Source: Bacteroidetes bacterium GWF2_43_63 | GTDB taxonomy: Bacteria > Bacteroidota > Bacteroidia > Bacteroidales > DTU049 | DNA: 64,000 nucleotides | Assembly: GCA_001769275.1 (NCBI GenBank) | Contig: MEOQ01000045.1 | Coordinates: forward strand, 129,821 to 193,820 | Reading direction: 5' to 3' | Shown here: in pieces, positions 1 through 9,487 of the stretch | Numbering within the stretch: position 1 is the stretch's first letter | Layout of the letters: every line of letters begins with the position of its first letter | Notes under the pieces: generated by a model | Told to the model about the DNA's origin: nothing | The model's input: the letters and a program-made list of their open reading frames with translations, nothing else | Database searches by the model: none | Made by a program: the position numbers and the translations under genes

Positions 1-1865
1 TATCTTGCAAACGCTTTTATCCATGCGCATTTATCGCCGCTCTGAACTTCTATCAGAATAACACCTTTTGCATTTTCCTGCAAAACAGAAGTGCCGTTTT
101 TATCTGTTGTATAGAATTGCTGTATAAGCCGACCATCCGATGAATAAATGCTGATCAGACTATTTTCTGCAGGCAACATCCAGTGCAGATTTCCATCGTT
201 TGCAAAAACTTTCGCCCAGTCACTTGTTTCGTCAAAACCTATATTCTGATAATTGATTGGAGTGGAGCAACCTGTGCATTGGCCTGTATTATTGGCGCAA
301 AGCATATAAGTGCCGGGCTGAGTTGCAGTATATGATTGTCCTGTTGCACCGGGAATAGTATCTCCATAAAGAAACCACTGATAATGGCTGAAAATCAGCG
401 GTGAGGTGAACACAGAGTCATTGGTGATATTTACAAAAACATTGGGCACCGGCATAATGAAAAACTGAATGGAGTCTTCGCCAACACATCCATTAGTGTC
501 TGTATAAGTAAGAGATACCCACATGTTTGTAGAAGGTGAAATAGATGGATTTGGATCGGTTGCGTTGGATACAACGCCAGCCGGACTCCACAGACAATTT
601 GTAAACGCTGTGTTGACGCCTGGCTGCATGGAAGCGCCGTTGCAGAGATTGTAACTGGTAGCACTTATGGCATTCATGGCTTCAGTGCTCACCAATATGT
701 CGAGCCCAGCTGAAATCAGAATTGAACTGTCGGTATATCTAATCGGATAATTCCCTGCGGCAAGATTCTGCAAAGTATTGCTGGTAGTGTATGTCGCACC
801 ATTATCATAGCTGAAGTAAACCGGTCCGTTGATGGTTCCGACATTCAGCGTTAAAGAACCGTCATTGTTTCCACAATGGGCTGGAGTGGTACTTTGACTT
901 TGGAAAACGATGGTCTGAATTTTTGAAACTCCGCCTGCAGTGCCAATCCAAACGAATCCGTCGGAGTCAATTATTGCACTGGTTTGTGTAGCTGAAACAA
1001 GCCCGGCGGAGGTTCCGTAAGTTGTGAACACTCCATTGCGAAAATGGCTGGTTCCGTTACCACTGGTGGCAATCCACATGCGGCTTTTAGCATCTGATAC
1101 AATTCCTCTGACATCGTTATGCGCAAGACCGTCTGTCGTTGAATAGGCCGTCCATATTGTTCCGTTCCATTTGTACAATCCACCTCCGATGCCCATGCTC
1201 GGGAGTGATCCAACCCAGATGTTTCCGTCGGCATCGGTGGTTGCAGACTGAACCTGATCTCCGTTGGTGTTAAAACCGTTAAGGCTGGTGTGGCTTGTCC
1301 AGACTGTGCCGGAAAATTTACTGACACCAGTTGCGGTTCCGAACCACATGTTGCCTGAAAGATCTTGGGTAATTGCAAGAACAGTATTGTGTTGAAGCCC
1401 GTCTGTTGTTGTGTAGTTGGTGAAACTGACGCCATTGTATTTGCTTACTCCGGCCGAATTACCAATCCAGATGTTGTTGGCTGCATCTGCGTAAACACAG
1501 CGCAGGTCATTGGTTGGCAGTCCTTGTGCCGTAGTATAGTTGGTAAATGTGGTGCCGTTGTATTTTGAAAGACCTGCCGTTGTTGCAATCCAGACATTGC
1601 CAAGTCCATCCACATCAATGCCTTTGACATTGTTGCCAATCAAACCTTCGGTGGTGGTCAGGTTTGTCCAGTTGCCACCGCTGAATTTTGACATTCCGTT
1701 TGCCGCGGTTCCAATCCACATGTTTCCGCTATTATCTGCTTTTAAAGATGTAATATTGTTGCTGCTGAGTGCACTATTCGAACTTGTGTAATTGGTTACG
1801 GAATGGTTTTGAGCAAATAGCCCAACGGTGGTCACTGTCAGAAGTATAAAAAACAAGTTTCTCAT
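1..1865 (-). CDS. Secreted beta-propeller repeat protein (Reg_prop-like blades) with probable T9SS C-terminal sorting domain; 3' end runs off the window
   Basis: Absent from the ORF track because there is no stop inside the window. Manual minus-strand translation from ATG at 1865 (MRNLFFILLTVTTVGLFAQN, signal peptide) is stop-free to position 1. Blades of the form W[IF]GT..G[LV]SK[FY].G..[FW]T.YT..DGL..N.V recur. The last ~80 aa (..SLISIYSSDGRLIQQFY..GVILIEVQSGDK..) look like a T9SS CTD. Confidence 0.8.
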   Translation of the reverse strand, partial: MRNLFFILLTVTTVGLFAQNHSVTNYTSSNSALSSNNITSLKADNSGNMWIGTAANGMSKFSGGNWTNLTTTEGLIGNNVKGIDVDGLGNVWIATTAGLSKYNGTTFTNYTTAQGLPTNDLRCVYADAANNIWIGNSAGVSKYNGVSFTNYTTTDGLQHNTVLAITQDLSGNMWFGTATGVSKFSGTVWTSHTSLNGFNTNGDQVQSATTDADGNIWVGSLPSMGIGGGLYKWNGTIWTAYSTTDGLAHNDVRGIVSDAKSRMWIATSGNGTSHFRNGVFTTYGTSAGLVSATQTSAIIDSDGFVWIGTAGGVSKIQTIVFQSQSTTPAHCGNNDGSLTLNVGTINGPVYFSYDNGATYTTSNTLQNLAAGNYPIRYTDSSILISAGLDILVSTEAMNAISATSYNLCNGASMQPGVNTAFTNCLWSPAGVVSNATDPNPSISPSTNMWVSLTYTDTNGCVGEDSIQFFIMPVPNVFVNITNDSVFTSPLIFSHYQWFLYGDTIPGATGQSYTATQPGTYMLCANNTGQCTGCSTPINYQNIGFDETSDWAKVFANDGNLHWMLPAENSLISIYSSDGRLIQQFYTTDKNGTSVLQENAKGVILIEVQSGDKCAWIKAFAR

Positions 1866-1938
1866 AAGGTGATTTTTTGAGTTAGATTCAAACAAAGGGA
1901 TTTTGTTTAAGCAACGTCAAAAATACTAATTTTGAAGC

Positions 1939-2499
1939 ATGAATGTAATGTGGCTTGTACTTTTGAGCATCGGTTTATGCTTCGATACGCTGGCAATCAG
2001 CATTTCCATCGGAATTAATGATCGTAAAGTCCGGTTCGGACAGGCTGTTCGCATAGCATTTATTATGGCTGTGTTTCAGGGAATAATGCCTGCATTGGGA
2101 TGGCTTGGCGGCATGTCGCTCGAACAATATATAGCACCGGTAGATCATTGGGTGGCCCTTGTGCTGCTGACCATCGTGGGAGGAAAAATGATTATTGAAT
2201 CATTTAGCAAAGAAGAAAAAGACCCGATGGATATCAGCAGCATGAAGCTCATTTTTACGCTCGCATTTGCAACCAGCATCGATGCTTTTGCCGTTGGAAT
2301 TCCCCTGGCCTTTACCAATACAAACATCTGGATTGCTGCGCCTGTAATTGGCCTTTTCACGGGTGTTACCGCTATGATCGGAATGCTTATCGGTAAAAAA
2401 GCAGCCGGATTTTTGGGCCCGAAAATTCAAATTCTTGGCGGACTGATTCTGATCGGAATCGGCTTGAAAATTTTTCTGGAACACATGAATGCGTTGTAG
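1939..2499 (+). CDS. mntP: Manganese efflux pump MntP (DUF204 family)
   Basis: 186 aa, six hydrophobic segments. It has the internal duplication typical of MntP (N-terminal ..CFDTLAISISIG.., second half ..FATSIDAFAVGI..). Confidence 0.8.
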   Translation: MNVMWLVLLSIGLCFDTLAISISIGINDRKVRFGQAVRIAFIMAVFQGIMPALGWLGGMSLEQYIAPVDHWVALVLLTIVGGKMIIESFSKEEKDPMDISSMKLIFTLAFATSIDAFAVGIPLAFTNTNIWIAAPVIGLFTGVTAMIGMLIGKKAAGFLGPKIQILGGLILIGIGLKIFLEHMNAL

Positions 2500-2560
2500 T
2501 TCAGACAATGTCGCTTTGTAGCAGTGATCAGTGAGCTTTGCGTGATATCCGAAGAAGCTT

Positions 2561-2650
2561 AATTCATAATTCAGCCTTCACTTCGAACTTCAATGTTCAT
2601 GATTCAGTGTTCGATGTTCATTTCGCCCTTTCCTTCAAAAATCAAAAATC
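2561..2650. repeat. Intergenic word repeat, TTCATGATTCA/CCTTCAA family
   Basis: ..cttcacttcgaacttcaatgttcatgattcagtgttcgatgttcat..tccttcaaaa.. shares words with the 12553-12703 tandem array and the 26881-27066 inverted repeat. Confidence 0.6.
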
Positions 2651-4084
2651 TCAAATCTTATATCTGAATTCTCCCCAGTTCCACGCCGCAGCTGTTGATT
2701 TTGATTTTTCCGGCATCTGATATTTCGATTGCCAGCGACCTTCTCCAAAAACAGAATTATAGTATTCTACCATTGGCAATATGGTTTTGTCGAGATCGGG
2801 GTTCATTTCTTTGTTGTTTTTGAACATAGCAGAACGCTCCGGTATTAATTCTGAAGGCATGTCCTGAAGCGGAATGCAGACGGGGTATATTTTTTCAATC
2901 AGAAATTCCGTAAACTCCTGCGACTCTCCAATAAATTTATGGCGCACCTGCCATTCAAAAGTCGGGTGTTTAAAAATGTCTAAAAAACCAAGTCCGAAGT
3001 ATTTTTGAAATAATTTCTCGTGTTGTTTAAAAAGACCGGGCTGTGTTTTTTGCGTCCGGATGACGGCTTCGCGGGGATTTTCAGAAAGCGACCAGGGCTG
3101 AACCTGGGGGGCAAAAGGACAATAGGAAAGACTCCAGATATATAAGTCATAAATCATGTCTTCCCATCTGCTTTTAATTTCGTCCCATTCAATTTTCATG
3201 GACTCAAACCGGTGATCAATCCTGCGGATTCCAAAATTTAATTCATCGCTGTTGGGAACATGAATGGTTGATGCTGCCGCCAAACGGTCAAATAATTCCA
3301 GCTTTTGTTTTTCGCATTCAATGTGGTGCGGACTTGCAGGCAATGCTTCGGTCATTCCAAGTAAAAACAACATGCCTTCGCGCGCAGCAATGGTTCCTTC
3401 CATGGCTTTATCCAAACCTTTTTCTATCTGTATTCTCAGATATCGTGGATAGGTCATTCCGGGCTCTTCGCCCAGTTTTATCATGTCATCTATTGGTTTT
3501 GTATAAAGCTCTGTTTTGAAAAGTGTGTCAATTTCAACATCGCTGTTATACGCATTTGGCCGGACATTGAGCTCTGCGTCAATATTTTTTTCACCTTCTT
3601 TTTTCACCAGATCCAGACCGCCGCTGCCTGCAAATGCGCCTTTGGCCAGCCCGTTCTTTTTCCCTTCGTTGCGGTGAGCAAAATCAAGCGTGTCCTTCAT
3701 CGCTTTTTTCGGGTCGTAGTTTCTGGCTTCTTCTATCACCCTTGCTTTCTCATCTTCGATGCGTTTAATTGCATCGCGCAATGCATTCAGATTTTGCGTT
3801 AGCAATGCCGAATCGTCGTAGCCGATTTCTTTTTGTTGTTCCTGCGCCTGAGCACTCAGCAGGCGGCTGTAACAATCGCTTATTTTTATATAAATGTCCT
3901 CTTTCATCACCTGCATGTTGAAAGCCATCACATCGTCGTGGGTGCGCGTGAGCTCTTCGAGGCGGTTGTAGTGTTCACACATCTTCTCGAAATAATCTCC
4001 GCTCATGTTTTTGTCGCGACATTCCTGCACCATGTTTTTAAAAGTTCCAAGCAGGGCATCGCTCATCATTGGGTCAAGTGGCAT
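2651..4084 (-). CDS. Hypothetical protein, 477 aa, predicted all-helical, no recognised domain
   Basis: Long clean ORF, 10 bp downstream of the 4095-4751 ORF on the same strand. No signal peptide or TM segment seen. I recognise no family. Confidence 0.7.
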   Translation of the reverse strand: MPLDPMMSDALLGTFKNMVQECRDKNMSGDYFEKMCEHYNRLEELTRTHDDVMAFNMQVMKEDIYIKISDCYSRLLSAQAQEQQKEIGYDDSALLTQNLNALRDAIKRIEDEKARVIEEARNYDPKKAMKDTLDFAHRNEGKKNGLAKGAFAGSGGLDLVKKEGEKNIDAELNVRPNAYNSDVEIDTLFKTELYTKPIDDMIKLGEEPGMTYPRYLRIQIEKGLDKAMEGTIAAREGMLFLLGMTEALPASPHHIECEKQKLELFDRLAAASTIHVPNSDELNFGIRRIDHRFESMKIEWDEIKSRWEDMIYDLYIWSLSYCPFAPQVQPWSLSENPREAVIRTQKTQPGLFKQHEKLFQKYFGLGFLDIFKHPTFEWQVRHKFIGESQEFTEFLIEKIYPVCIPLQDMPSELIPERSAMFKNNKEMNPDLDKTILPMVEYYNSVFGEGRWQSKYQMPEKSKSTAAAWNWGEFRYKI

Positions 4085-4094
4085 AGCAGTTTTT

Positions 4095-4751
4095 TTAAAT
4101 GTTCGCGATGGTTTTGTATTTCAAAATCTGTTCGTCGATCTGTTCGTCTTTATATGGCAGTAGTCTCCGGTGACGGAATTCTTTCACTACATCAGGATTG
4201 TGTTTCCATGCAGGATCGAGCATTTGCATTTGTTGCTCTGTTTCTCTGATAAGTTCTTTTATTCTGTCGGCAAAATACTGAGCACTTTTTTTCATGTCGG
4301 TCTGATAGGATGATGGCACAACTGCTTCAGAATAGGCTTCAATGCGATCAAGCAGCATCCAGCAATAATGGAACACCCGGTTGGCTTCGTCGAGCGAAAT
4401 TTCACGCATACCGCGGGTATTCTCTTCATTAACCATGTTAATCAGGTTAAAAACCTCCGTGAATTGATCAGCTTTTTCAAGGATCCGTTCTGGTATTGCA
4501 CCACGTATGGGTTCAATCAATTCCTGACAAATTGCCTTTTCCATGATGTTTTTGTCTTTCGTCAGGGCAACAGCACATAGCTGATTGAGATTCCCCAGAC
4601 GGCCCCTGAATTCTTCCAGCTCATTACAACCTTGCATGGCTTCGCTCAGGTTTTTTTCTGCTTCATAGCTGTTTTTGTAATTGGGATTGCCCGCGAATCG
4701 TTCCGCTCTGACGCGGTAATACTCCTTGTAATCCTGTAATAAATCAGACAT
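4095..4751 (-). CDS. Hypothetical protein, 218 aa, helical, no recognised domain
   Basis: Clean ORF that is apparently the first gene of a two-gene operon with 2651-4084. An AT-rich 250 bp upstream region lies between it and the divergent gene at 5002. Confidence 0.7.
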   Translation of the reverse strand: MSDLLQDYKEYYRVRAERFAGNPNYKNSYEAEKNLSEAMQGCNELEEFRGRLGNLNQLCAVALTKDKNIMEKAICQELIEPIRGAIPERILEKADQFTEVFNLINMVNEENTRGMREISLDEANRVFHYCWMLLDRIEAYSEAVVPSSYQTDMKKSAQYFADRIKELIRETEQQMQMLDPAWKHNPDVVKEFRHRRLLPYKDEQIDEQILKYKTIANI

Positions 4752-5001
4752 ATCAATTGATTTTATTCGGTAAATATATAAAAAACCGGATATTAAATGT
4801 TAAATTTCACAAGGATTGAGGTTGCGGCAGCGATATTCTGGAAGCCTTGTAAACACTGATGTTTTAAAGGCTATGTGTAGATATTTATCGCATGATATGC
4901 CGAAATTAACTATTCGCATTTAATAAAAACATGACCGGATGCGTTAGTTATATTAATAATTTTTCCTACTTTAGTGTTTTAAAACAAAAGAAAGGTCGCC
5001 G

Positions 5002-6513
5002 ATGAAACACCTGATTTTAATATTGCTGTTCCTGTCACCTGTGCTTGCAGCTATGTCTCAGCCGGCTGATACGGCCATCAACGTTGAAAACACGGAGATT
5101 GCAAAGATTTTCGACGAAATGACCCGTGAGAAATTCTACAACAGCGACAATTTTTTTCCGGAAAAAAACAAATATAATTATCCGGCGAATTTCGTCCCTG
5201 AGTATACTGATAGCATGGTAGCCGCCAGGGTAAAAGCCATGGACGTTGCTTCACCATTCGAATACCGTTACAATCCAGAGGTGAAAAAATGGATTGATTT
5301 CTATATTTCAAAACGCTATTTTATTGGTCGTCTCGTTGGTTTGTCGTTGTTGTATTATCCGGTTTTTGAACAGGCTTTTGATAAATACGGCGTACCTCTC
5401 GAAATGAAGCATCTGGCCATTGTTGAATCAGCGCTAAATCCCACCGCCAAATCGTGGGCCGGAGCTGCGGGCTTGTGGCAGTTTATGTATAAGACCGGAT
5501 TGTTGTATGATCTGAATGTGACTTCTTATGTTGATGACCGCTACGATCCTGCGAAAGCAACCGAAGCAGCCGCTCATCATATGCAGGACTTGTATGCCAT
5601 CTATCACGACTGGGCTTTGGTTCTTGCCGCTTATAATGCGGGCCCCGGAAATATAAACCGCGCCATCAAGCGTGCCGGAGGAGAAACAAATTACTGGAAA
5701 ATAAAGCATTTGCTGCCAAAAGAAACGCAGGCCTATGTGCCGGCTTTTATTGCTGCCAGCTATGTGATCACCTATTACGCCGAACACAACATTAGCATTC
5801 AGCGCCCACAGTTTATGGACTGGGAGCTTGATACTGTGTCGGTCACCGAAACAATGTCGTTTCATTACTTTACTTCTTTTGTTGGAATCGATGAGGCGGA
5901 AATGGTTTTTTTGAATCCTCAGTATATCAAGAAAATCATTCCGGCTACGAAAAACAACCCCTGCGCGATTCGCCTGCCGCAGAAATATGTTCTGGCCTTT
6001 GTTGAGAAAGAACCACTGATGTATGACAGCATTCACAAGGTTGCAAAGGCCGACAGTGCGCTCATTGCCAACAATTCAGTTAGCACTACTGTCAGAACAA
6101 ATCCTGTGAATACTACAACCAATAATTCAACAACCAGCAACAATACAACAACCAATACTTCTGGTACGAAAAATTATCATACAGTGAAAAGTGGTGAAAC
6201 ACTGGGAACCATCGCATCAATGTATAGTACCAGCAGCAGCAGTATACAGGCGTGGAACAATCTTTCTTCTACGGTAATATATCCGGGGCAGAAACTGCTT
6301 GTTTACGGAAAAACAGCGAACAACAGCAACAATATATCGAACACCAGCAACGGGAGTCTGAGCACAGTGTATTACACTGTAAAAAGCGGTGATACATTAT
6401 GGAAGATTGCCAATGCAAATGGGGTTAGCGTGGATGCAATCAGAAAAGCCAACAATCTGAAATCAGATAATTTATGGGTTGGCCAGAAACTCAAAATCCA
6501 CAAAAACAGCTGA
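5002..6513 (+). CDS. Lytic murein transglycosylase (SLT domain, MltD-like) with two C-terminal LysM domains
   Basis: Signal peptide MKHLILILLFLSPVLAAMSQ. SLT catalytic motif ..AIVESALNP..AGAAGLWQFM...AYNAGPGN. Two LysM repeats (YHTVKSGETLGTIA.., YYTVKSGDTLWKIA..) are separated by N/T/S-rich linkers. Confidence 0.9.
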   Translation: MKHLILILLFLSPVLAAMSQPADTAINVENTEIAKIFDEMTREKFYNSDNFFPEKNKYNYPANFVPEYTDSMVAARVKAMDVASPFEYRYNPEVKKWIDFYISKRYFIGRLVGLSLLYYPVFEQAFDKYGVPLEMKHLAIVESALNPTAKSWAGAAGLWQFMYKTGLLYDLNVTSYVDDRYDPAKATEAAAHHMQDLYAIYHDWALVLAAYNAGPGNINRAIKRAGGETNYWKIKHLLPKETQAYVPAFIAASYVITYYAEHNISIQRPQFMDWELDTVSVTETMSFHYFTSFVGIDEAEMVFLNPQYIKKIIPATKNNPCAIRLPQKYVLAFVEKEPLMYDSIHKVAKADSALIANNSVSTTVRTNPVNTTTNNSTTSNNTTTNTSGTKNYHTVKSGETLGTIASMYSTSSSSIQAWNNLSSTVIYPGQKLLVYGKTANNSNNISNTSNGSLSTVYYTVKSGDTLWKIANANGVSVDAIRKANNLKSDNLWVGQKLKIHKNS

Positions 6514-6518
6514 GAATT

Positions 6519-7508
6519 ATGAAAAGAATTTTTTTAGTTTTTTCTATCGGTGTTATTGCAACACTGATGACATCTTGTTTCAATGAAACAGAATCCGGAT
6601 TGCCTCCTTCTAATGGAACTGTTGCCGAAGTACTTGTTGTTATACCCAATCAGCAATGGGAAACATCGGTAGGTGCTGCCGTGAAATCAATTCTGCTGGC
6701 CGAGCAGGAAGGGCTGAATCAGGCCGAGCCATTGTTTGAGCCAATGCAGATTCAGCATCAGGATTACAAGGGCTTGTTTGAGCGCAACCGAAAAACCATT
6801 CGGGTTTTCGTAAGTGATACCGTGAAGAAAAACCAGCTGATTGCCCGACGCGACGTGTTTTCTTCGCCGCAGCTTATCATTGACCTGCATGCCAAAAGCG
6901 ATTCCGAAGCAATCCTGCTGCTTAATGAGCGGGCTAACTCAATTATTGAAATGCTTCATGATGTTGAGCGGAAGCGTCTGATTCTGGCTTTCCGCAGTAC
7001 AAAGAACATTGCTCTCTGTGAGAAAATTGAAAAGCAATTCGGTTTTAGTCTTGTAGTTCCCGAAAGCTATTACGTTGCCAAATCAAACGATGGTTTTGCA
7101 TGGCTCCGACTCGAAGCACCAAAGTACTCGCAGGCTATTCTGATTTATACTCGTGAATTCACCGACAGCGCTCAGTTTAATCCTACACAGATAATTGCAT
7201 ATCGCAATATGATTGCCAAGCAAAATATTCCGGGTGAGTTGCCTGGCTCTTACATGTCAACCGATACCATTGCTGAACCGGTTATGCGCAATGTGCCTTT
7301 TGCCGACACCCGTGCCATCGAAACCCGAGGGCTCTGGAAAACGGTTGGAGACTTCATGGGCGGCCCATTTCTGAGCTATACCTTCCATGACAAAAAAGCC
7401 AACAAAGTGGTTACGCTCGAAGGATATGTCTATTATCCAAGCATGGATAAACGCGACCTGCTCATGCAGCTGGAAGCGATTATGCATTCGTATGAGGTGA
7501 AGAAATAA
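6519..7508 (+). CDS. Lipoprotein of unknown function (DUF4837-like, tentative)
   Basis: I moved the start to ATG 6519 (MKRIFLVFSIGVIATLMTSCF, lipobox Cys). The track start at 6474 overlaps the preceding gene. Confidence 0.6.
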   Translation: MKRIFLVFSIGVIATLMTSCFNETESGLPPSNGTVAEVLVVIPNQQWETSVGAAVKSILLAEQEGLNQAEPLFEPMQIQHQDYKGLFERNRKTIRVFVSDTVKKNQLIARRDVFSSPQLIIDLHAKSDSEAILLLNERANSIIEMLHDVERKRLILAFRSTKNIALCEKIEKQFGFSLVVPESYYVAKSNDGFAWLRLEAPKYSQAILIYTREFTDSAQFNPTQIIAYRNMIAKQNIPGELPGSYMSTDTIAEPVMRNVPFADTRAIETRGLWKTVGDFMGGPFLSYTFHDKKANKVVTLEGYVYYPSMDKRDLLMQLEAIMHSYEVKK

Positions 7509-7532
7509 TTTTTCTGAAAGAATATCAGTCTG

Positions 7533-8360
7533 TCATCCACCTATCATGAACCGAATCGGGAGAGTAAACTGAACTCTGACCGGTTTGTTGAGTTGCATTC
7601 CAGGCTTCCATGAGGGCATAATGCTTACAACACGAATAGCTTCTTCGTCGCAGCCTCCGCCTATTCCCTGAACAACCCTGATGTTGGTTATTTTTCCATC
7701 CGGCTCCACTACAAAACTTAAGAAAACGGTACCCTGAACGTTGTTTTCTCTTGCGTATATTGGGTATTTGATATTTCGTGCAAGAAATTCAAACAAGGCA
7801 TATTCTCCGCCCGGAAATTCTGGTTGAATTTCATTCAATGAAAACAAAACCGTATCAATGTTTTCTTCGATAATGAACTTTGTAGACAAGATGTACTCCA
7901 TTGTCAGCAATGACTCATTTTTTAAAACAACAATGCTGTCAGCTCCTTTCCGAGCTCGTTTGTAGAAGTTGAATGAGATGTCTTCCCGACAGAAAGTCTG
8001 TTCTGTGAGGCAATAATATGCAGGGTCTTCAAAAACTATTGAATCTTTTATAATGCAGTGTTTTCTGAATAGTTCATATGATTTATCATCTCCGAAATTG
8101 CTCGCCAGTTCGAGATATTTGCACGATCCGCACTGATCACCGAGCTTGTTTTTCGCAATAGCCAGATTATAATATACATCTCTGTTCGGCTGAATTTTAG
8201 CTGATAGACCAAAGAGGGAATCAGCAGCCCTGTAATTTTCGGAATTGTAAGCCTCTACGCCTTTATCATAAAGCTTGTCAGCTTTTTTATTTTGCGCTTG
8301 GCCGTATGGTGAAAACAGAACTGATGAAATGATGAGAATGATTGATATTGATGTTTTCAT
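7533..8360 (-). CDS. Secreted TPR-like/TonB C-terminal domain protein
   Basis: Signal peptide. C-terminal ..PEFPGGEYALFEFLARNIKYP..NNVQGTVFLSFVVEPDGKITNIRVVQGIGGGCDEEAIRVV..WKPG... matches the TonB_C fold signature. Confidence 0.8.
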   Translation of the reverse strand: MKTSISIILIISSVLFSPYGQAQNKKADKLYDKGVEAYNSENYRAADSLFGLSAKIQPNRDVYYNLAIAKNKLGDQCGSCKYLELASNFGDDKSYELFRKHCIIKDSIVFEDPAYYCLTEQTFCREDISFNFYKRARKGADSIVVLKNESLLTMEYILSTKFIIEENIDTVLFSLNEIQPEFPGGEYALFEFLARNIKYPIYARENNVQGTVFLSFVVEPDGKITNIRVVQGIGGGCDEEAIRVVSIMPSWKPGMQLNKPVRVQFTLPIRFMIGG

Positions 8361-8401
8361 AATGTATTTGTTTCCTGTTCACTTCATTTATTCATACTAA
8401 G

Positions 8402-9235
8402 CTAATCATTTAATATAAACTGGATTGGGAGATTGAAATAAGCCCTGACCGGCTTGCCTCTTTGTGTTCCAGGTTTCCATGCCGGCATTAAACTTATTAC
8501 ACGGATGGCTTCTTCGTCGCAGCCACCGCCTATTCCTTTCAGAACTTTAATATTGGAGAGTTCCCCGTCAGGCTCAATTATGTATGTGATATATACGGTG
8601 CCTTGTATTTCATTATTTCTCGCAGCTAGCGGGTATTTGATGTTATTTTTGAGGAACGTCATGAGCGCATCTACTCCGCCGGGAAATTCAGGTTGGGTTT
8701 CAGTAATTGTATATATATCCTCTGAGAAATGTATTAAAGTATCAACGTATTTTTCAATTTCAAACGATTTCGAAAGAATAATATCGTTTGTCAAAGTTGA
8801 GTCATTAACTAGAATGACGCAACTGTCAGCTCCACTCTGTAATCTTTTGAAGAATGTGAAAATTATTTCTTCATTACAGCTTTGTCTTTTATAAACAACA
8901 TAATAGTTGTGATTTTCATATTTCAGTGTATCTATTTTAATGCAATACTTATTGTATCTTTTCATTGATGTTGTGTCACCAAAAATTCCAGCCAGATACA
9001 GATATTTACACGATTCGCACTGATCGCCTAGTTTGTTGTTGACTAGAGCCAGATTGACATAAACATCCCTAGTGGGGAATAATTCGGCAGAGAGTTTAAA
9101 GAGGGAGTCAGCTTTATTGTATTTCCCCGAGTTGTATGCATCAACTCCTTTGTCATTGAAGTATATTGCATCGATCCTTTGTGCCTGACACATCAATGAT
9201 ATCAACGCAAGAAAAAGTACAAATAATAATTTCAT
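8402..9235 (-). CDS. Secreted TPR-like/TonB C-terminal domain protein (tandem paralog of 7533-8360)
   Basis: Same architecture and colinear similarity along the whole length (..KLGDQCESCKYL.., ..PEFPGGVDALMTFLKNNIKYP..IQGTVYITYIIEPDG..GGGCDEEAIRV..). Confidence 0.8.
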   Translation of the reverse strand: MKLLFVLFLALISLMCQAQRIDAIYFNDKGVDAYNSGKYNKADSLFKLSAELFPTRDVYVNLALVNNKLGDQCESCKYLYLAGIFGDTTSMKRYNKYCIKIDTLKYENHNYYVVYKRQSCNEEIIFTFFKRLQSGADSCVILVNDSTLTNDIILSKSFEIEKYVDTLIHFSEDIYTITETQPEFPGGVDALMTFLKNNIKYPLAARNNEIQGTVYITYIIEPDGELSNIKVLKGIGGGCDEEAIRVISLMPAWKPGTQRGKPVRAYFNLPIQFILND

Positions 9236-9252
9236 ACTTAAGTTGTAGCTTT

Positions 9253-9471
9253 CTACAATTCAATTTTAATCTGATAATTTTCAAACTCCACAATCATCCC
9301 TTCCCGCAGTTTTCTTCGCCTTCTGAGCTCGGTTTCACCGTCCACTTTCACCATTCCCTCATCAATCACTTCGTGAGCCACTGAGCCGCTTTCAACCCAG
9401 CCCAGCAGTTTCATCAGCTGATCGAGCTGAATGTATTCCTGTCCCCGAAGGGAAAATGTTTCCTGTTTCAT
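9253..9471 (-). CDS. S4-domain RNA-binding protein (YbcJ-like)
   Basis: ..FSLRGQEYIQLDQLMKLLGWVESGSVAHEVIDEGMVKVDGETELRRRRKL.. resembles YbcJ. I prefer the start at the internal Met (MKQETF, 72 aa) because the longer track ORF (to 9495) runs into the repeat element at 9488. Confidence 0.75.
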   Translation of the reverse strand: MKQETFSLRGQEYIQLDQLMKLLGWVESGSVAHEVIDEGMVKVDGETELRRRRKLREGMIVEFENYQIKIEL

Positions 9472-9487
9472 GTGTTCATTATTGGCC

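Noticed and set aside
971-1791. Track ORFs 971-1435(-), 1365-1568(+), 1445-1639(-) and 1540-1791(+) at the start of the window.
   Set aside because: A different minus-strand frame is open from 1865 to position 1 and encodes a coherent signal-peptide plus propeller-repeat protein. The listed ORFs are off-frame shadows.
1866-1938. Expected a yybP-ykoY manganese riboswitch upstream of mntP.
   Set aside because: Only 73 bp of AT-rich sequence lies before the start. This is too short, and I could see none of the conserved G-rich riboswitch segments.
5434-6036. Long antisense or shadow ORFs inside well-supported genes, including 5434-6036(-), 11129-11587(-), 13196-13564(-), 13790-14245(-), 16694-17281(-), 19800-20273(-), 35363-35974(+), 41540-41959(+), 49491-49934(+) and 52918-53490(+).
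   Set aside because: Each is fully nested opposite a gene with clear family motifs, and none has motifs of its own. This is typical of reverse-frame open stretches.
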